Assembly: GCF_000143415.4 (NCBI RefSeq)
Contig: NW_003314294.1
Coordinates: forward strand, 429,402 to 493,401
Direction: 5' to 3'
DNA length: 64,000 bases
Source: Selaginella moellendorffii
Lineage: Eukaryota > Plantae > Lycopodiophyta
Positions 52,190 to 63,144 of the stretch are shown one piece after another (the stretch's first letter is position 1; each line of letters begins with the position of its first letter). The notes under the pieces were generated by a model, which searched no databases, was not told the DNA's origin, and saw only the letters and a list, made by a program, of their open reading frames with translations. Made by a program: the position numbers and the translations under genes.

Positions 52190-52302
52190 TTTCTTCTCAC
52201 AAGAACATGACATAGCCAACTTATTTTCTATTTTCGATCATGCAAGGCAACCTTGCATGATCGAAAAATAAGTTGGCTATGTCATGTTCTTGTAAGAAGA
52301 AA
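52190..52302. repeat. Near-perfect ~52-bp-arm inverted repeat (hairpin) with a 3-nt loop
   Basis: ACAAGAACATGACATAGCCAACTTATTT..TTCGATCATGCAAGG-CAA-CCTTGCATGATCGAA-AAATAAGTTGGCTATGTCATGTTCTTGT; one 6-nt bulge. Confidence 0.95.
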
Positions 52303-53169
52303 ACTACTGTAGCATTATCCAATATAATGTTAACAAGAAACAATTTAGCTGCAACATTTCACTCCTATTTTTATCTATAAGCAATGATTGAGCTATCTTG
52401 CACAACGCAGTTGTCAATGTTAGCATGTTTATGCAGAGTTATAGAAGAAAATATTGGCTTGCAGTTTGGCACGTCCTTAAGTATCCTGAGAAATAGCTGA
52501 TCTTGGTATGGTTTATCATAATATGAGGTAAAAGGCTATAACCTTGGAGGAAATCTAAATGGATCATATCTCCTTTTTTCCAGTCCTCCAGCTAGTCAGC
52601 CATGCTTCAAAATTCATTCATCATCTCCTCTGGCATTGCCAATGGCTGCTTCTGGAGGCACGTTGTAGCTGATTTGGAGCAGCCACTCGCCGCTCCCGAA
52701 ACCATCTCGTGCTTCCTGGATTCTTTGCAATGAGCCACAAACAAGAGGCCAGGTTGTATAGGCTGACGATTCCACTGTTATAACTGCCATTGCTAGCTTC
52801 TATTGCTATGAACATGACCAGAATTAAAAGTTGAAAGGTCATTGTCTAGAGTAGGAAATGTGATAAAAGTACTCACAGATTAATTTTTAAACTTCTGAAC
52901 TAAGAAACTTTCAGGTTCCATAATCACTTTCCCATGTTTGTGTTACCTCATCCACAGGAAAAGATCGCCAATACCAGTAACTTCGGCTTTGAGCCATTGA
53001 CAAAAGTACGTGATTTCTCGGCGATAGCATGATCCAGAATAACAGTTGAACCTCCAATGCTTTCCTGAATGCGGAAGTAACTCTCATCCAAGACATTGAT
53101 AGTGAACTCCATATGATTCATCCTTTGACACCTTAAATTAGCACATATGATAAGAAATAAAGAAAGATC

Positions 53170-54540
53170 GTACCTCATCAAGTATCTCAGCAAAAGTTTG
53201 ACCCCAGGCTCAATCAGCTTGACTTTTTCCTATCCAATTTCTAAACCATTAACTGTAGGAGGCTTTTCCAAACGAATCAAGGGAAGTGCATGGGAGCGAG
53301 ATATGGTTATCCTCTCTCCAATCCTTGCAACCTTGATAGTCATAACATCAAGGACGCTCAAGGCGCACACACAAATCTCCTCCATTCTCAACTCCAGAGA
53401 CTTCAAATGCTCCACAGCCATTGAGACAGCATTCTCAGCGTCCTCGTTGAGCTGAATCGCGAGGAGAACTCTATGCTAATCACCCAGGGAGAAGCTTTTG
53501 CAGCGTTTCCAGTGACCCAACAGTTGCTCAGGCCATCATCTAGAGGCAGTTCCGAAGAGAAACGGCTTCCAAGCCTTTGATAATAGGTCTCACACGTATC
53601 GAAGCTGATGTTGTCCCAGTCGGCTAGGACCAGCACAAACTTGGCAAGCTCCAAGAACGCTTGCATGTCCGGCTCCAAGAGGTCTTCGACGGTATGGTGT
53701 GCCAAAACCACACGCGCTTCAAGTGTTGCTGCCGGAAAGGTCACGTATGCAGGATGGATTAGAGCGCCAGTTAAAGCCTCATACAGCAGCCTCAAGAGCA
53801 TGGCAATCTCAACTCAGAGTAAGAAGGGCCAAACGATTGGCCAGAAAGAAATGGACCTTTTCAAAACACTCATGGAGTTGATATTCCAGACTTCATGACC
53901 ACAGCTGCTCAACTTTAGATCCACCGTCTCCTGCAGAACTTGGCGCCAAGAAGGACCATCCCTGCTGGCAAGAGCAATCCATTCCGGAGGGGCATCCGGG
54001 TAGGCTATCCAGTTGCATGGGATGTTTCCCATGTCAAAGGACACAGCGTTGTGGCACATGTTGATGGTGAAGCTGGCCATGTCAAGATCGATGACATAAG
54101 TGTATTCCATAGGGAATATTGCCTGAGGAGCATACAAGGACTTGGAAGTGCACAAGAGAAAGCCAAGCTCGAGGATACGGTACCAGAGCTTCAAAGGTCC
54201 ATTGGCGACAAGATCTTTAGGTTTGCACCAAGGTTTGTCAAGATTACCAAGTTCTCTCCATATCTCCTGCGAGCCAGTGGGCAGCGCAAGTTTTGTCCAG
54301 GAATTCCGTTGATGGAAACTCCTGGTACTCAAACTGGGGAACAAAAGGGTTACAACAAAGAAATACCACTGTATGATCAATCTGGAGTTTCAAGAGCTGG
54401 ACACCAGGATCATCCTTGAGAAATCTGACGATCTTTCTGCCACTCTCCAAGTTACAGTTCCCATGATTGCAGATGCAGTTGTGGCGGAAGCTGACGTGCA
54501 TGCTTTCTCAAACGGCCACCTTTTGATAAGTAATAGCCAT
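53170..54540 (-). pseudogene. Frameshifted gene of unknown family (EYTYVIDLD motif)
   Basis: Consecutive protein-like minus-strand ORFs in different frames (54244-54501, 53814-54380, 53403-53801, 53230-53421) separated by frameshifts and stops. Confidence 0.55.
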
Positions 54541-54574
54541 TTTATTAAGGAAAAACTACGGAGCCTTGAAAGGA

Positions 54575-56308
54575 TTAGCTAAAACCTTGATAGGCCTTTT
54601 GGACGAGCTGTACATCCGTTTGCTTGTTGAGCCCATTTGCCGGATGAAGAACTGGAAACCTCTCATCCCGCTGCTGCTGGATCACGACTTCCGGCATTCC
54701 AATCCCAACGAAAGCTGGCCTGTTCTCCTGCTGCTGATGGAAGTGCTGCGGCTCGGAGCGATCGCTAAACTGCCTGTGTACCTGAGGATGGTGAGCAGTG
54801 GCAGTGGCAACCGCTGGAATCTCCACGGCCTGTTGCAGCATTGGAGTCGACACCGGTCGAGGGATCGCGTGCTGCTCCAGGAGTTTCCTGTGAAGAGCGT
54901 CACTGCTGGGAGCGTAGAATTGATGCCCAAGAGTAGCAGCGGCTACTGCTGGAGGGCGAGCCAAAGCCTCCAGTCCCATTGGAACAAGCCGCTGAGGCAA
55001 CCCGTTCGTCTTGTGCACGTCTAGCAGCTCGCCTCTCGGGATGTGCTGAACGAGTAGCTTCTCTTGAGGCCTCTCCGCCACCTTGAGCTTCTCGAAGTCC
55101 GAGAGAGTGGCGTCCAAAGCTCTCCTGTCCATGGCGTCTGCGCTCTCCCCAGAGTCTCGTCGATCCATAGCCAGCGAGCTCATGTCGGTTAGCTGGCTGC
55201 TGCTTTGCGACGACACGGAGTCCGAGTGCTCGTCCTCCACGGAGTACTGCCTGATCACCATTCCCTTGGGCAGTATACCCCGTGAAACCTCCACCAGAGG
55301 CACGTAAGTCGACGATGGCACCACGGCTCTCGACGCTGCCATCACCTGAGGCACTACTGATCGAGCAGCCACTACTTGCGGAACCAGAACTGGTGATGCT
55401 GCCTGAGCTCCGGGAACAAGTGAGGGAGTCCCGGGCGCGTAAATTCGAGGGGGCGTCACGGCTGCTGTCAAGTTCTTGGTTGGAACTGTGACGAGGTTCA
55501 CTGGAACGGATGGTGGCAAAACCTGGGGTGATACTACTGGTGGCACAACGCTTGGAATCAGAGGTGACGCTGCCGCTGGAGCTAGAGCTTGGGCTGGAGA
55601 TGCTGCTGCTGGAGCTAGAGCTTGAACTGGAGTTGGGGCTGGAGATGCTGCTGCCGGGGCTGGAGGAACTGGAGCTTGAACTGGAGCTGGGACTGGAGCT
55701 GGGACGACTTGAGGTAGAACCGCAGGAGGAACTGCTACAACTTGCGGTCCTGCCATAGGCATGGCTGGACTTTGCTGTGCTACTAGAGGTGGCGCCGCCT
55801 TGTCGACCAAAACCACAGGTTTTTTGTGCTGCTCCTCCAAAACCACGTTGGCCTTCCTATAAACTCCATTCACAGCCTCGACGAACTTGTGCTCCGGATC
55901 GGCAGCGTTCTCGTGACTCGGTGGCTGCTTCACGGACACCGGAAAGAGAAAGAGCCTCAGCCTCGAGGATGAATCCTTGGATTCCATCCTGTCATACTCC
56001 TCCATCATGTTCTCCAGATCCTCCTCCGAGATCACCGAGACCAGCGCGTCCAAATCTTCGTTTGGCAGCTGGTACTTGAGGATAAAACTCTCGTATGGAC
56101 AGATCTTCCGGAGCTTCGTCATGAGATCGATCACCGAGTCGCCCCTGTGAACCGAGAGAATTCTCGTCTCACCACCCACGTAGCGGAGCTGGGAGTCGTG
56201 CGGGCGAGGCATGATTCGACCACCATAGCTGCACAGGAATTTGGCGCGTCCCGTGAGCGAATCCTCCGACTTGACGGATCCCTGGTCCTCTGCAAAGGCC
56301 GCACACAT
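54575..56308 (-). CDS. PB1 (octicosapeptide/Phox/Bem1p, plant UP2-type) domain protein with a Pro/Ala/Val-rich tail
   Basis: KFLCSYGGRIMPRPHDSQLRYVGGETRI..LKYQLPNEDLDALVSV..EDLENMMEEYDR..RLRLFLF; first ATG at 56308 after a probable 5'UTR intron; internal APAAASP repeats. Confidence 0.92.
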   Translation of the reverse strand: MCAAFAEDQGSVKSEDSLTGRAKFLCSYGGRIMPRPHDSQLRYVGGETRILSVHRGDSVIDLMTKLRKICPYESFILKYQLPNEDLDALVSVISEEDLENMMEEYDRMESKDSSSRLRLFLFPVSVKQPPSHENAADPEHKFVEAVNGVYRKANVVLEEQHKKPVVLVDKAAPPLVAQQSPAMPMAGPQVVAVPPAVLPQVVPAPVPAPVQAPVPPAPAAASPAPTPVQALAPAAASPAQALAPAAASPLIPSVVPPVVSPQVLPPSVPVNLVTVPTKNLTAAVTPPRIYAPGTPSLVPGAQAASPVLVPQVVAARSVVPQVMAASRAVVPSSTYVPLVEVSRGILPKGMVIRQYSVEDEHSDSVSSQSSSQLTDMSSLAMDRRDSGESADAMDRRALDATLSDFEKLKVAERPQEKLLVQHIPRGELLDVHKTNGLPQRLVPMGLEALARPPAVAAATLGHQFYAPSSDALHRKLLEQHAIPRPVSTPMLQQAVEIPAVATATAHHPQVHRQFSDRSEPQHFHQQQENRPAFVGIGMPEVVIQQQRDERFPVLHPANGLNKQTDVQLVQKAYQGFS

Positions 56309-56718
56309 GATTGAAAGCTCCTGGAGGGACAAAGGAAAAAGCTCGCTTTCAACACTGTACACTTTAAAGAGAAAAAAAATTCCCAACTTACTCAAAGCCT
56401 TTCGAATCTTTGTCTTTCCGTTGCCTCCATCGCTAGATCGCGCCGCCAAGCTCACAAAAGCCCCATTCCCGCGCGCTTCCCAGGCAAGGATCAATCTAGG
56501 TCAAAAATGCACCTGAGAGAATCTAAGCGCCGGAGCAGTCGATCCAAATCACATACCCAAAACGCTCCCCGTGAGCGCCAAGAAATCAGGGCTCTCCAAA
56601 ACCGCCATAGCTTGACCTCCAAAATGTGCCAATGACATGGGCCACGATCTTTTCCCACGTTTACCCTACTTTTCTGACGCGTTTACCTCGCTATGCCTAG
56701 CCACCTATAGCCGGTTAG

Positions 56719-56997
56719 CCCGCCACTATTCAAACTACCGGTCACGATCTCCTCGAACCTGGACGCTCCAGATCTCTTTCCTGTCAGGGGATATGGCGCT
56801 GCCCAATGGGAGGCCAACGCGTGTTCTCCAATGGACCAACGACATTGACCATATTGACCGAGAGTTGACAAACAAGCTGACCAAGACGAATATTACCGCG
56901 CCACGCCATTTACAAATCCACCGGTCACGATCTCCCCGCACCTGGACGCTTCAGATCTCTTCCTTGGCGATATGGCGCTAGCCAATGGGAGGCCACC
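56719..56997. repeat. ~95-bp direct duplication with CCAAT boxes in the divergent PB1/PSAG promoter
   Basis: ACCGGTCACGATCTCC..ACCTGGACGCT.CAGATCTCTT..GATATGGCGCT..CCAATGGGAGGCCA at ~56719-56818 and ~56900-56997. Confidence 0.9.
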
Positions 56998-57200
56998 ATT
57001 TTGGATTGCACCACCCACACCACTGGGTTGCTAAGCTGACTATCTCGCTTAGCTTAGCAGCTTAATCAAATCCCAGTAGTGACTACTTTCCCTTGTCACT
57101 GTAGCTAGAGTTCCAGAGCTCTTCCTCATCTTCTCGTCCAAAACTCCAGATTTTTGTTCTTCGCGAGAGCTTGGAGATTTTCTCCAGAGGAAGAGGATCC

Positions 57201-57698
57201 ATGGCTTCTACTTGCGCAGCAGCGTCTTCTTCCTGCATCGTCGCGGGGCTTCCCAGCATCAAGAGCTCGAGCAGCAAGAGATCTGTGGTCGGTTTCTCTG
57301 GATTCCGAGTCGCCAACAAGCTCGACGGCCTCTCAGCAGCAGCTCGGTGCTCCAGTTTCGAGAGCAAGACGGGCTTCGCGAGATCTATGGCTCGGACCAC
57401 CTGCCTGGAGGCGCCGATCATCATCAGCCTGTGCACTGCTGCGTCGCTCGCCATGGGACGGTTTGTGTTCCTTCCTTTCCAGAGAGAGCAGATTGCCAAG
57501 GCCGGGTTGCCGCTCCAAAACGGTGTAAGTCACTACGAGGCCGGAGACACCCGGGCTCAGGAGTTTGTGAGCTTGCTCAAGACGAACGATCCCGCTGGCT
57601 TTAACATCGTCGATGTGCTCTCCTGGGGATCCATTGGTCATATTATTGCCTACTGGATCCTGGCAACTTCAAGCAATGGTTATGATCCTCAATTCTAG
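57201..57698 (+). CDS. PSAG: Photosystem I subunit V (PsaG), intronless
   Basis: IISLCTAASLAMGRFVFLPFQRE..LP.QNG.SHYEAGDTRAQE..LLKTNDPAGFNIVDVLSWGSIGHIIAY..LATSSNGYDP. Confidence 0.97.
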   Translation: MASTCAAASSSCIVAGLPSIKSSSSKRSVVGFSGFRVANKLDGLSAAARCSSFESKTGFARSMARTTCLEAPIIISLCTAASLAMGRFVFLPFQREQIAKAGLPLQNGVSHYEAGDTRAQEFVSLLKTNDPAGFNIVDVLSWGSIGHIIAYWILATSSNGYDPQF

Positions 57699-57923
57699 AG
57701 AGAACTGAAGTATATAAACTCACCGAACTTCAATGGAAAATCGAGGAGTGTTTCTTGTGTATACAGCTCCTGGAAATCCCTTCTCCCGAGTTCTTGTTTC
57801 ATACAGTTCTTCAGGAGCTGCAAGAACGAAAGAAAAAAAAAACATATTTTTACCACGTAATGTAAATATGATCGTGCAATATCCTGGAAATGCGTACCTC
57901 TAATTGATTTTTACTCGGTAAAT

Positions 57924-59283
57924 CTACACAGGGGGTGCCGGGAAGTCGTATAAAATCCACAGGCCCGAGCAAGAGTTGGACTCCAGGGAAGGCTGGATTG
58001 CAAGAAAATGCAATCCTCCCGCAGCTTTTTTTGCAGACTCCCATAAGTCGGCTTCCTCGTCGGCCTGCTTGCTTTTCTTGTAGTAAGAGTAGAACCATTG
58101 CCGAGAAGCTCCAGATAACAGGACCAAGGCCGAGTTTTTCTTGTCCACGGAGAGAGACGCAAGCTCCAAGGAATTCGTCCAGGCTGTGGGAAAAAAGTCA
58201 TTTTTCTTCTTGGGAAGTTTGTATAGAGCACTTACCAGCTAGAGCTAGATCTCTCGAGGATGCAACAGCAACGCCTGGTATTAGAGTGTCAGGAGAAGGA
58301 AGCTCCGTAAGCATGTCAAGCGAGACCTCTCCAAAGTTGGAGCCTTTTTCCACCAGTTTAATTTCTTCTTGAAGCGCTGCAAGCAAATGACATAGCTCAG
58401 CTCTAGTTACGAACAAAGACACCAGAACTTCACCTTGGAATGAAAGCTGAACAAACGCCCACTTCTCGCCTCGATAGTTTGGAGGGACTTCTTTAGGAAC
58501 GTTTACACCCATTGACAGTATACTCGGAGCATTCTCCTGAAATCCTGGATGTTGGCGGTAGACTTGATCGTAGCGCTCGTGCAGCCATCTTACAAGAGCT
58601 GTGCACTGCAAAGTAATGCATGAAGATACACACCTAGATAAAAAAACTTTACATACCCTCTGGCTCGAAGTCACTTGGATGCCGAGCTCTCCACAAGCCT
58701 TTGAGATTATAGTTTTCACTTGAGATCTGCATGAATTACATAAAAAGCCGCGCAAGAAAATAGAAATGAACTAATACCTGAAGTAGCGAACTCTCGTAGG
58801 CCGTGGTAAATCAAAGGTCTCTATAACTTCCGCTATGGCATTCTTTAACGTTGTGCTGTTGATAACATTACTGGGATAGAACCTTGCGAATTCCAGCTGC
58901 CTCTTTGCGTCACAAATAATCAATTCCCACATCCTCTTCCCCCGATCATCGAAGATAGGCCGTGAGCAAAAGTCGAGCTGCCACTCCACAATGGAGGCCA
59001 AATCTGCACCTTCCAGAACTCGTCCATCTACCTGAGCACCTTCGCCTTCTTCGTTTCCTTTCTCTTCATTTCCCTTTTCTTCATCTAACGAAGAAATGCT
59101 GCTAGCCAAATCTTCACTAACTACACTGCTCGAGCCTTCGACGGCGCATTTCCAAACAGTCCGAGAGTTCTTTAGCCTGCCTAGTCCTGTATGTAACTGG
59201 GCACCTTTAGACGGCTGGGGCGTTCTCCAGGAAACTCTACTAGTAGTGAGGAATCCACAAGGCACGAAGAGCGCCATAGCCAT
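57924..59283 (-). CDS. ATAB2: Chloroplast RNA-binding protein TAB2/ATAB2 (DUF1092), multi-exon
   Basis: EWQLDFCSRPIFDDRGKRMWEL, NVINS..LK, RYFRSQ, GEKWAFVQL, PGVAVASSR, WESAKKAAGGLHFLAIQ. Confidence 0.95.
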
Positions 59284-59408
59284 TGCCCTACGGAAGAATC
59301 AGTTGTTCCTCCTAATATTCAGATTAGAGAAAATGGAGAGAACAAAAATCTGGAAACAGATGTCATCAGACCTTAGAAGATTTTCGTGTTCATTTAAGGA
59401 GGAAGAAG

Positions 59409-60897
59409 TTAACAGGTTGGCATGACAACTTCTAGCCTTCGTCTGTTTCTGTCGAACTGTGCTCTCGCATTCTTGAAATCCACAGGGTGTGCCGTTTGTA
59501 CCTGCGTGCTAAACTCTCATCTTATTCAAAGCCAACATGAACACGAAAAGCTTACCTTGAGCTTATACTTTTCAGGGACGTACAAAGAGACATCGGAATT
59601 CGTCACCTCCAGCTCCACCTCGCTCGAAGTTTGCTGGAGACCAACGATACATGGTAAAGCTTATCAATGCTGAATAAAGAGATGCTTACCACTTCTGGCA
59701 AGTCAACTCGCAACACAATCATCTTCGGTTTTTGATTGCCATTTGGTAGAACAGCCTTATCTGTCCTGAAAAAACGCACATTTTTTTCTCTGAAAGCATT
59801 GTAAGTACCTTCGGAATAGCAGCCAGGAGTTACAAACATACCAGAATTTCCCAAGGTCCAAATCATCTCGGTAGATGAATTCGTAAGAAGGCTTCACTTC
59901 TTTGGAGGCAAGTTCCTTCACGTCTGGCACTGAATCACTTGAAGGTTTCTCTCCTGCTCTTGACTTGGAAGAAACCTCTTTTTCTGTGTTTGCTTGCTCA
60001 CTTGCCGATGTCTTGCGAACTGTTTGCATCTTAGGATTTCCAGAATGTCCTTTATACTTCAGCTTGGGCAGGATAAATTCTGGGAATGGAGGTTAGAATA
60101 AGAAAGAATATAGAAACACTTATCTGGTCTACCTTCACTAAGCTCTACGCCCCGTTGTTTTTGAATGTTCTCAATTGCTGTCTCTGCTAGAAACCGCTTA
60201 AACCGATTGTTTTTCATGGCACGCTCATGAGCTTCTTCGTTCACTACAAAATCATAAACCTCACACTCCCCGCCGGCTGAGAGAAAACATACGCTTCAAC
60301 AACAAAGGAGAAAAGAAAATTCGAGCAAGCAAACCTTTATCCACGTCGTTTCGTGCAGGACCCAAGCTGTAAGGGATCGACCACTGTTCGCCTTTTCCAG
60401 AATGAGTGAAAGAAGTCGGTTTGTCAATGTTGGTTGTATGGCATATGTTGATGAAAACCTGAGAAGGAAAACTATAGCGACCAACAAAAGAAAGGAAAAG
60501 AAGAAACGCAACCTTCTTATTGTTCTTCTTGTTCTTCGTTTTGACACAAAATCCAGCAACCGGTATGATCAAGTCCTTTCCTTCCATTGAAAAACTGCTG
60601 CGCTCTTCGGCCATTTTGAGGTATGCCTCAGCTTCCTGGCAAACACAGCCATTTTCTCTAAGCTGCAAGAAAAAGAAAATCCATGTCAACTTACTTCCTT
60701 GCTGCCAGGCTGCGAGATCTCCTTCGCATACTCGCTCAAGAGCTCCATAAACTTGGGATCTTTCATACATGTCTTCAGCCTCGAGAATTCCTGTAGAGAA
60801 ATCAAAGCCACAGTGATTTCCAGCCCAGGGCCTTGCTCGATCGGCGAAGACTAACATCGGAGCTGAGATTCATGTCGCGTAGCACTTGCTCCGCCAT
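59409..60897 (-). CDS. DNAAF2: Kintoun/PF13 (DNAAF2) axonemal dynein assembly factor, PIH1 + CS domains, multi-exon
   Basis: N-terminal LSSDEFSRLKTCMKDPKFMELLSEYAKEISQP, P.AGFCVKT, VFINIC, WSIPYSLGPARNDVDK, VYDFVV, PSYEFIYR..DL, IVLRVDLP, ARAQFD..RLEVVMP. Confidence 0.8.
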
Positions 60898-60990
60898 GCC
60901 CACGAGCCCTAAATCCCAGTTAGGGCAGACAAAAGATCTCAGCCGTCGACATTGGCGCGAAAGATTTAAACATTTAAAAAAACAAAAGAT

Positions 60991-61491
60991 TTAATATGGA
61001 TAATCCGAGACGCCAAGCATGGCACTGAGCGTGAGATAGACGAGATAGAGCCCGCCCACGATCACAATCACCGCTAAAACTCCAGTCACTGGATTGCTGA
61101 GAAGATCAAAGATGGGCTTGAAGATGGAATAGAGCCCTCCAGTCGCCACCGTCAAGAAATAGATCCCATATCTCCTCATGTTATCCCAGAATTCCTCCAG
61201 CAATGGCCCCTCCGGCCCCATCGCCAAATCTCCCAAATTTCTCCCATCTGTGGAGCCGTGAAGATCGATCGCTGCGTGCGCGGCGTCTGGATGCGTGTGG
61301 GAAAGAACACCATAGCCAATTCCAAGCGCTGCTGCTAGATACAGCGCTGTGGGCTTGAAGATCTCCTTTTGCGCTGGAATTTCTGGCCGTGAGCTTGATT
61401 TGATAGAACCCAATGAACGCGATTTGATTCTTTTCGCTCGCAACGCTGGAATTTGAGCGCAAAATGGAGATATTGATAGAGAAAACGCCAT
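60991..61491 (-). CDS. Ycf33 (DUF751) family chloroplast membrane protein, intronless
   Basis: Transit peptide then MGPEGPLLEEFWDNMRRYGIYFLTVATGGLY..KPI..LL.NPVT..LTLSAMLG. Confidence 0.9.
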   Translation of the reverse strand: MAFSLSISPFCAQIPALRAKRIKSRSLGSIKSSSRPEIPAQKEIFKPTALYLAAALGIGYGVLSHTHPDAAHAAIDLHGSTDGRNLGDLAMGPEGPLLEEFWDNMRRYGIYFLTVATGGLYSIFKPIFDLLSNPVTGVLAVIVIVGGLYLVYLTLSAMLGVSDYPY

Positions 61492-61541
61492 AGTAGCCAC
61501 TAAGAACCCTACAATGCGTATGAAGAGCTCTGTTTTAGGGT

Positions 61542-61940
61542 TTATGAGAAGTAGCCATAGCCATCGTCGTCTTCCGTGAGCACACTCAGATTGAGTACCT
61601 GCTTCTCGCCGATCCACATCGCATGCGCCGTGTGATCTCGCAGAGGGTTTCCAGTGTTGGGATGGATCAACACCGAGAAATTCCGCCGGTTGAGAGGGAT
61701 CCAGGTCACAAACTCCACGAAATCTTCGTGCTTCATGAGATTTACCTCGAAATTCCCAATTCCATGAGGGCCAATTGGCTTGTCCCACACCTTGATCTTG
61801 AATTGGGGGAATTTGCCGCGTATCTCGTCCTGGAGCTCCCTGGCCTGGCGCAGCTGGGCCTGATCCGTCTGGAAGAAATAGACGTGGACGTCGTAGGATC
61901 GAACACGGAAAGGGAAATTCGGTGTCTTTGCCATGATCAT
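61542..61940 (-). CDS. DOPA 4,5-dioxygenase-family protein (fungal/bacterial DodA type, not plant LigB type), intronless
   Basis: YDVHVYF, WDKPIGPH, FEVNL, W..LNR..FSVLIHPNTG..RDH..HAMWIGE..LNLSVL; start at ATG 61940 or 61934. Confidence 0.88.
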   Translation of the reverse strand: MIMAKTPNFPFRVRSYDVHVYFFQTDQAQLRQARELQDEIRGKFPQFKIKVWDKPIGPHGIGNFEVNLMKHEDFVEFVTWIPLNRRNFSVLIHPNTGNPLRDHTAHAMWIGEKQVLNLSVLTEDDDGYGYFS

Positions 61941-61977
61941 CAAACCCTAGCGAAGAACAGGGAGCTCCTTTGCTCTT

Positions 61978-63086
61978 ATGGCTCTTGTCCACGCCTTGAA
62001 TTCGCGGTTCCTGGCGCCCAATCGAAGAATCGAGCGCCACCCATTTGCATTCGCGCCTAGAATCCTTGGAAATTCGCCTCGCCGGGTATTAGCCCTCTGC
62101 GATCGATGCCTAGCTCACCACTGTGGTTTTTCTTTGGGCAGGCGAACAAGGATCGCGTCGCATGCCCTCGATCTTCCGCAGAGGAGACGAAGCCCAAGAC
62201 AGTGTTCGTCGCCGGCGCGAATGGCAAAACCGGGAAGCGCATCGTGAGCAAGCTGCTAGCGGATGGATTCAAGGTCCGCGCCGGTGTCCTGGATGTTGCC
62301 AAGGCTCGGTCCAATCTACCCAGCAGCCCCAACATCGAAATTGTGTGAGATCTTCATCCATTTCTTTCTTCCACTCCATTTCTCCGCCATAGCCAAAGCT
62401 CGCCTCGTTTGTTCTTCCTTGTCTCAGATCCCGGCTGACGTGACCCAAGGGACAAATCCACTGGCAACTTCGATTGGAGACGCGGATGCGGTGATTTGCG
62501 CTACTGGATTTCGCTACTCTCTCGATGTCCTGGCTCCCTGGAAGGTAGATTCTTTCCGGATCTCGACTCGATCGATCATACATTCTTTCTCCTCAGGTGG
62601 ACTATCGAGGAACCCTAAACCTCGTGGAAGCGTGCCGCAAGAATGGGATCAAGAGATTCGTGCTCATAAGCTCCATTCTCGTGAATGGCGCCGCGTGGGG
62701 GCAGGCGCTCAATCCAGCCTATCTGGTGCTCAATGCGTTTGGTCTCACGCTCATCGCCAAGCTCCAGGCCGAGAACTATGTGAGAAGCTCTGGGATCAAC
62801 TACACGATCATCCGGCCTGGGGGCCTCTCGGAGGAGAAACCGGATGGAAACAAGAAGATCGTCATGGCAAAGCAGGCAAGGCATTTCTCTCCTTTGATTC
62901 TTTGAGAAATTGACGATTTGATCGCAGGATACGCTCTCGTCCGGATCGATTTCGCGAGATCTTGTCGCTGACGTTGCTGTGGAGTCGATCGATTGCGACG
63001 ATGCGAGCTTCAAAGTAGTGGAAATCGTGGCGGAGCCTGGCGCCCAAAAACAGAGCATCGCAGAGCTCTTTGCCCTAATTTCATAA
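61978..63086 (+). CDS. Chloroplast NAD(P)-binding Rossmann-fold protein (atypical SDR, TIC62/flavin-reductase-like), 5 exons
   Basis: VFVAGANGKTGKRIV, DAVICATGF, VDYRGTLNLVEAC, LISSILVNGAAWGQALNPAY, AKLQAENY..YTIIRPGGL, GSISRDLVA. Confidence 0.93.
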
Positions 63087-63144
63087 TCCTGGTGGGCCGG
63101 CCGAAGAAATCTAGGGCGCGGCATCTTGATATTGTCTCTAAGCG

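Noticed and set aside
60991-62040. 349-aa ORF overlapping the dioxygenase and ending in Ycf33
   Set aside because: It begins at GTG with no in-frame ATG before 61491; the extension is the alternate frame of the dioxygenase CDS
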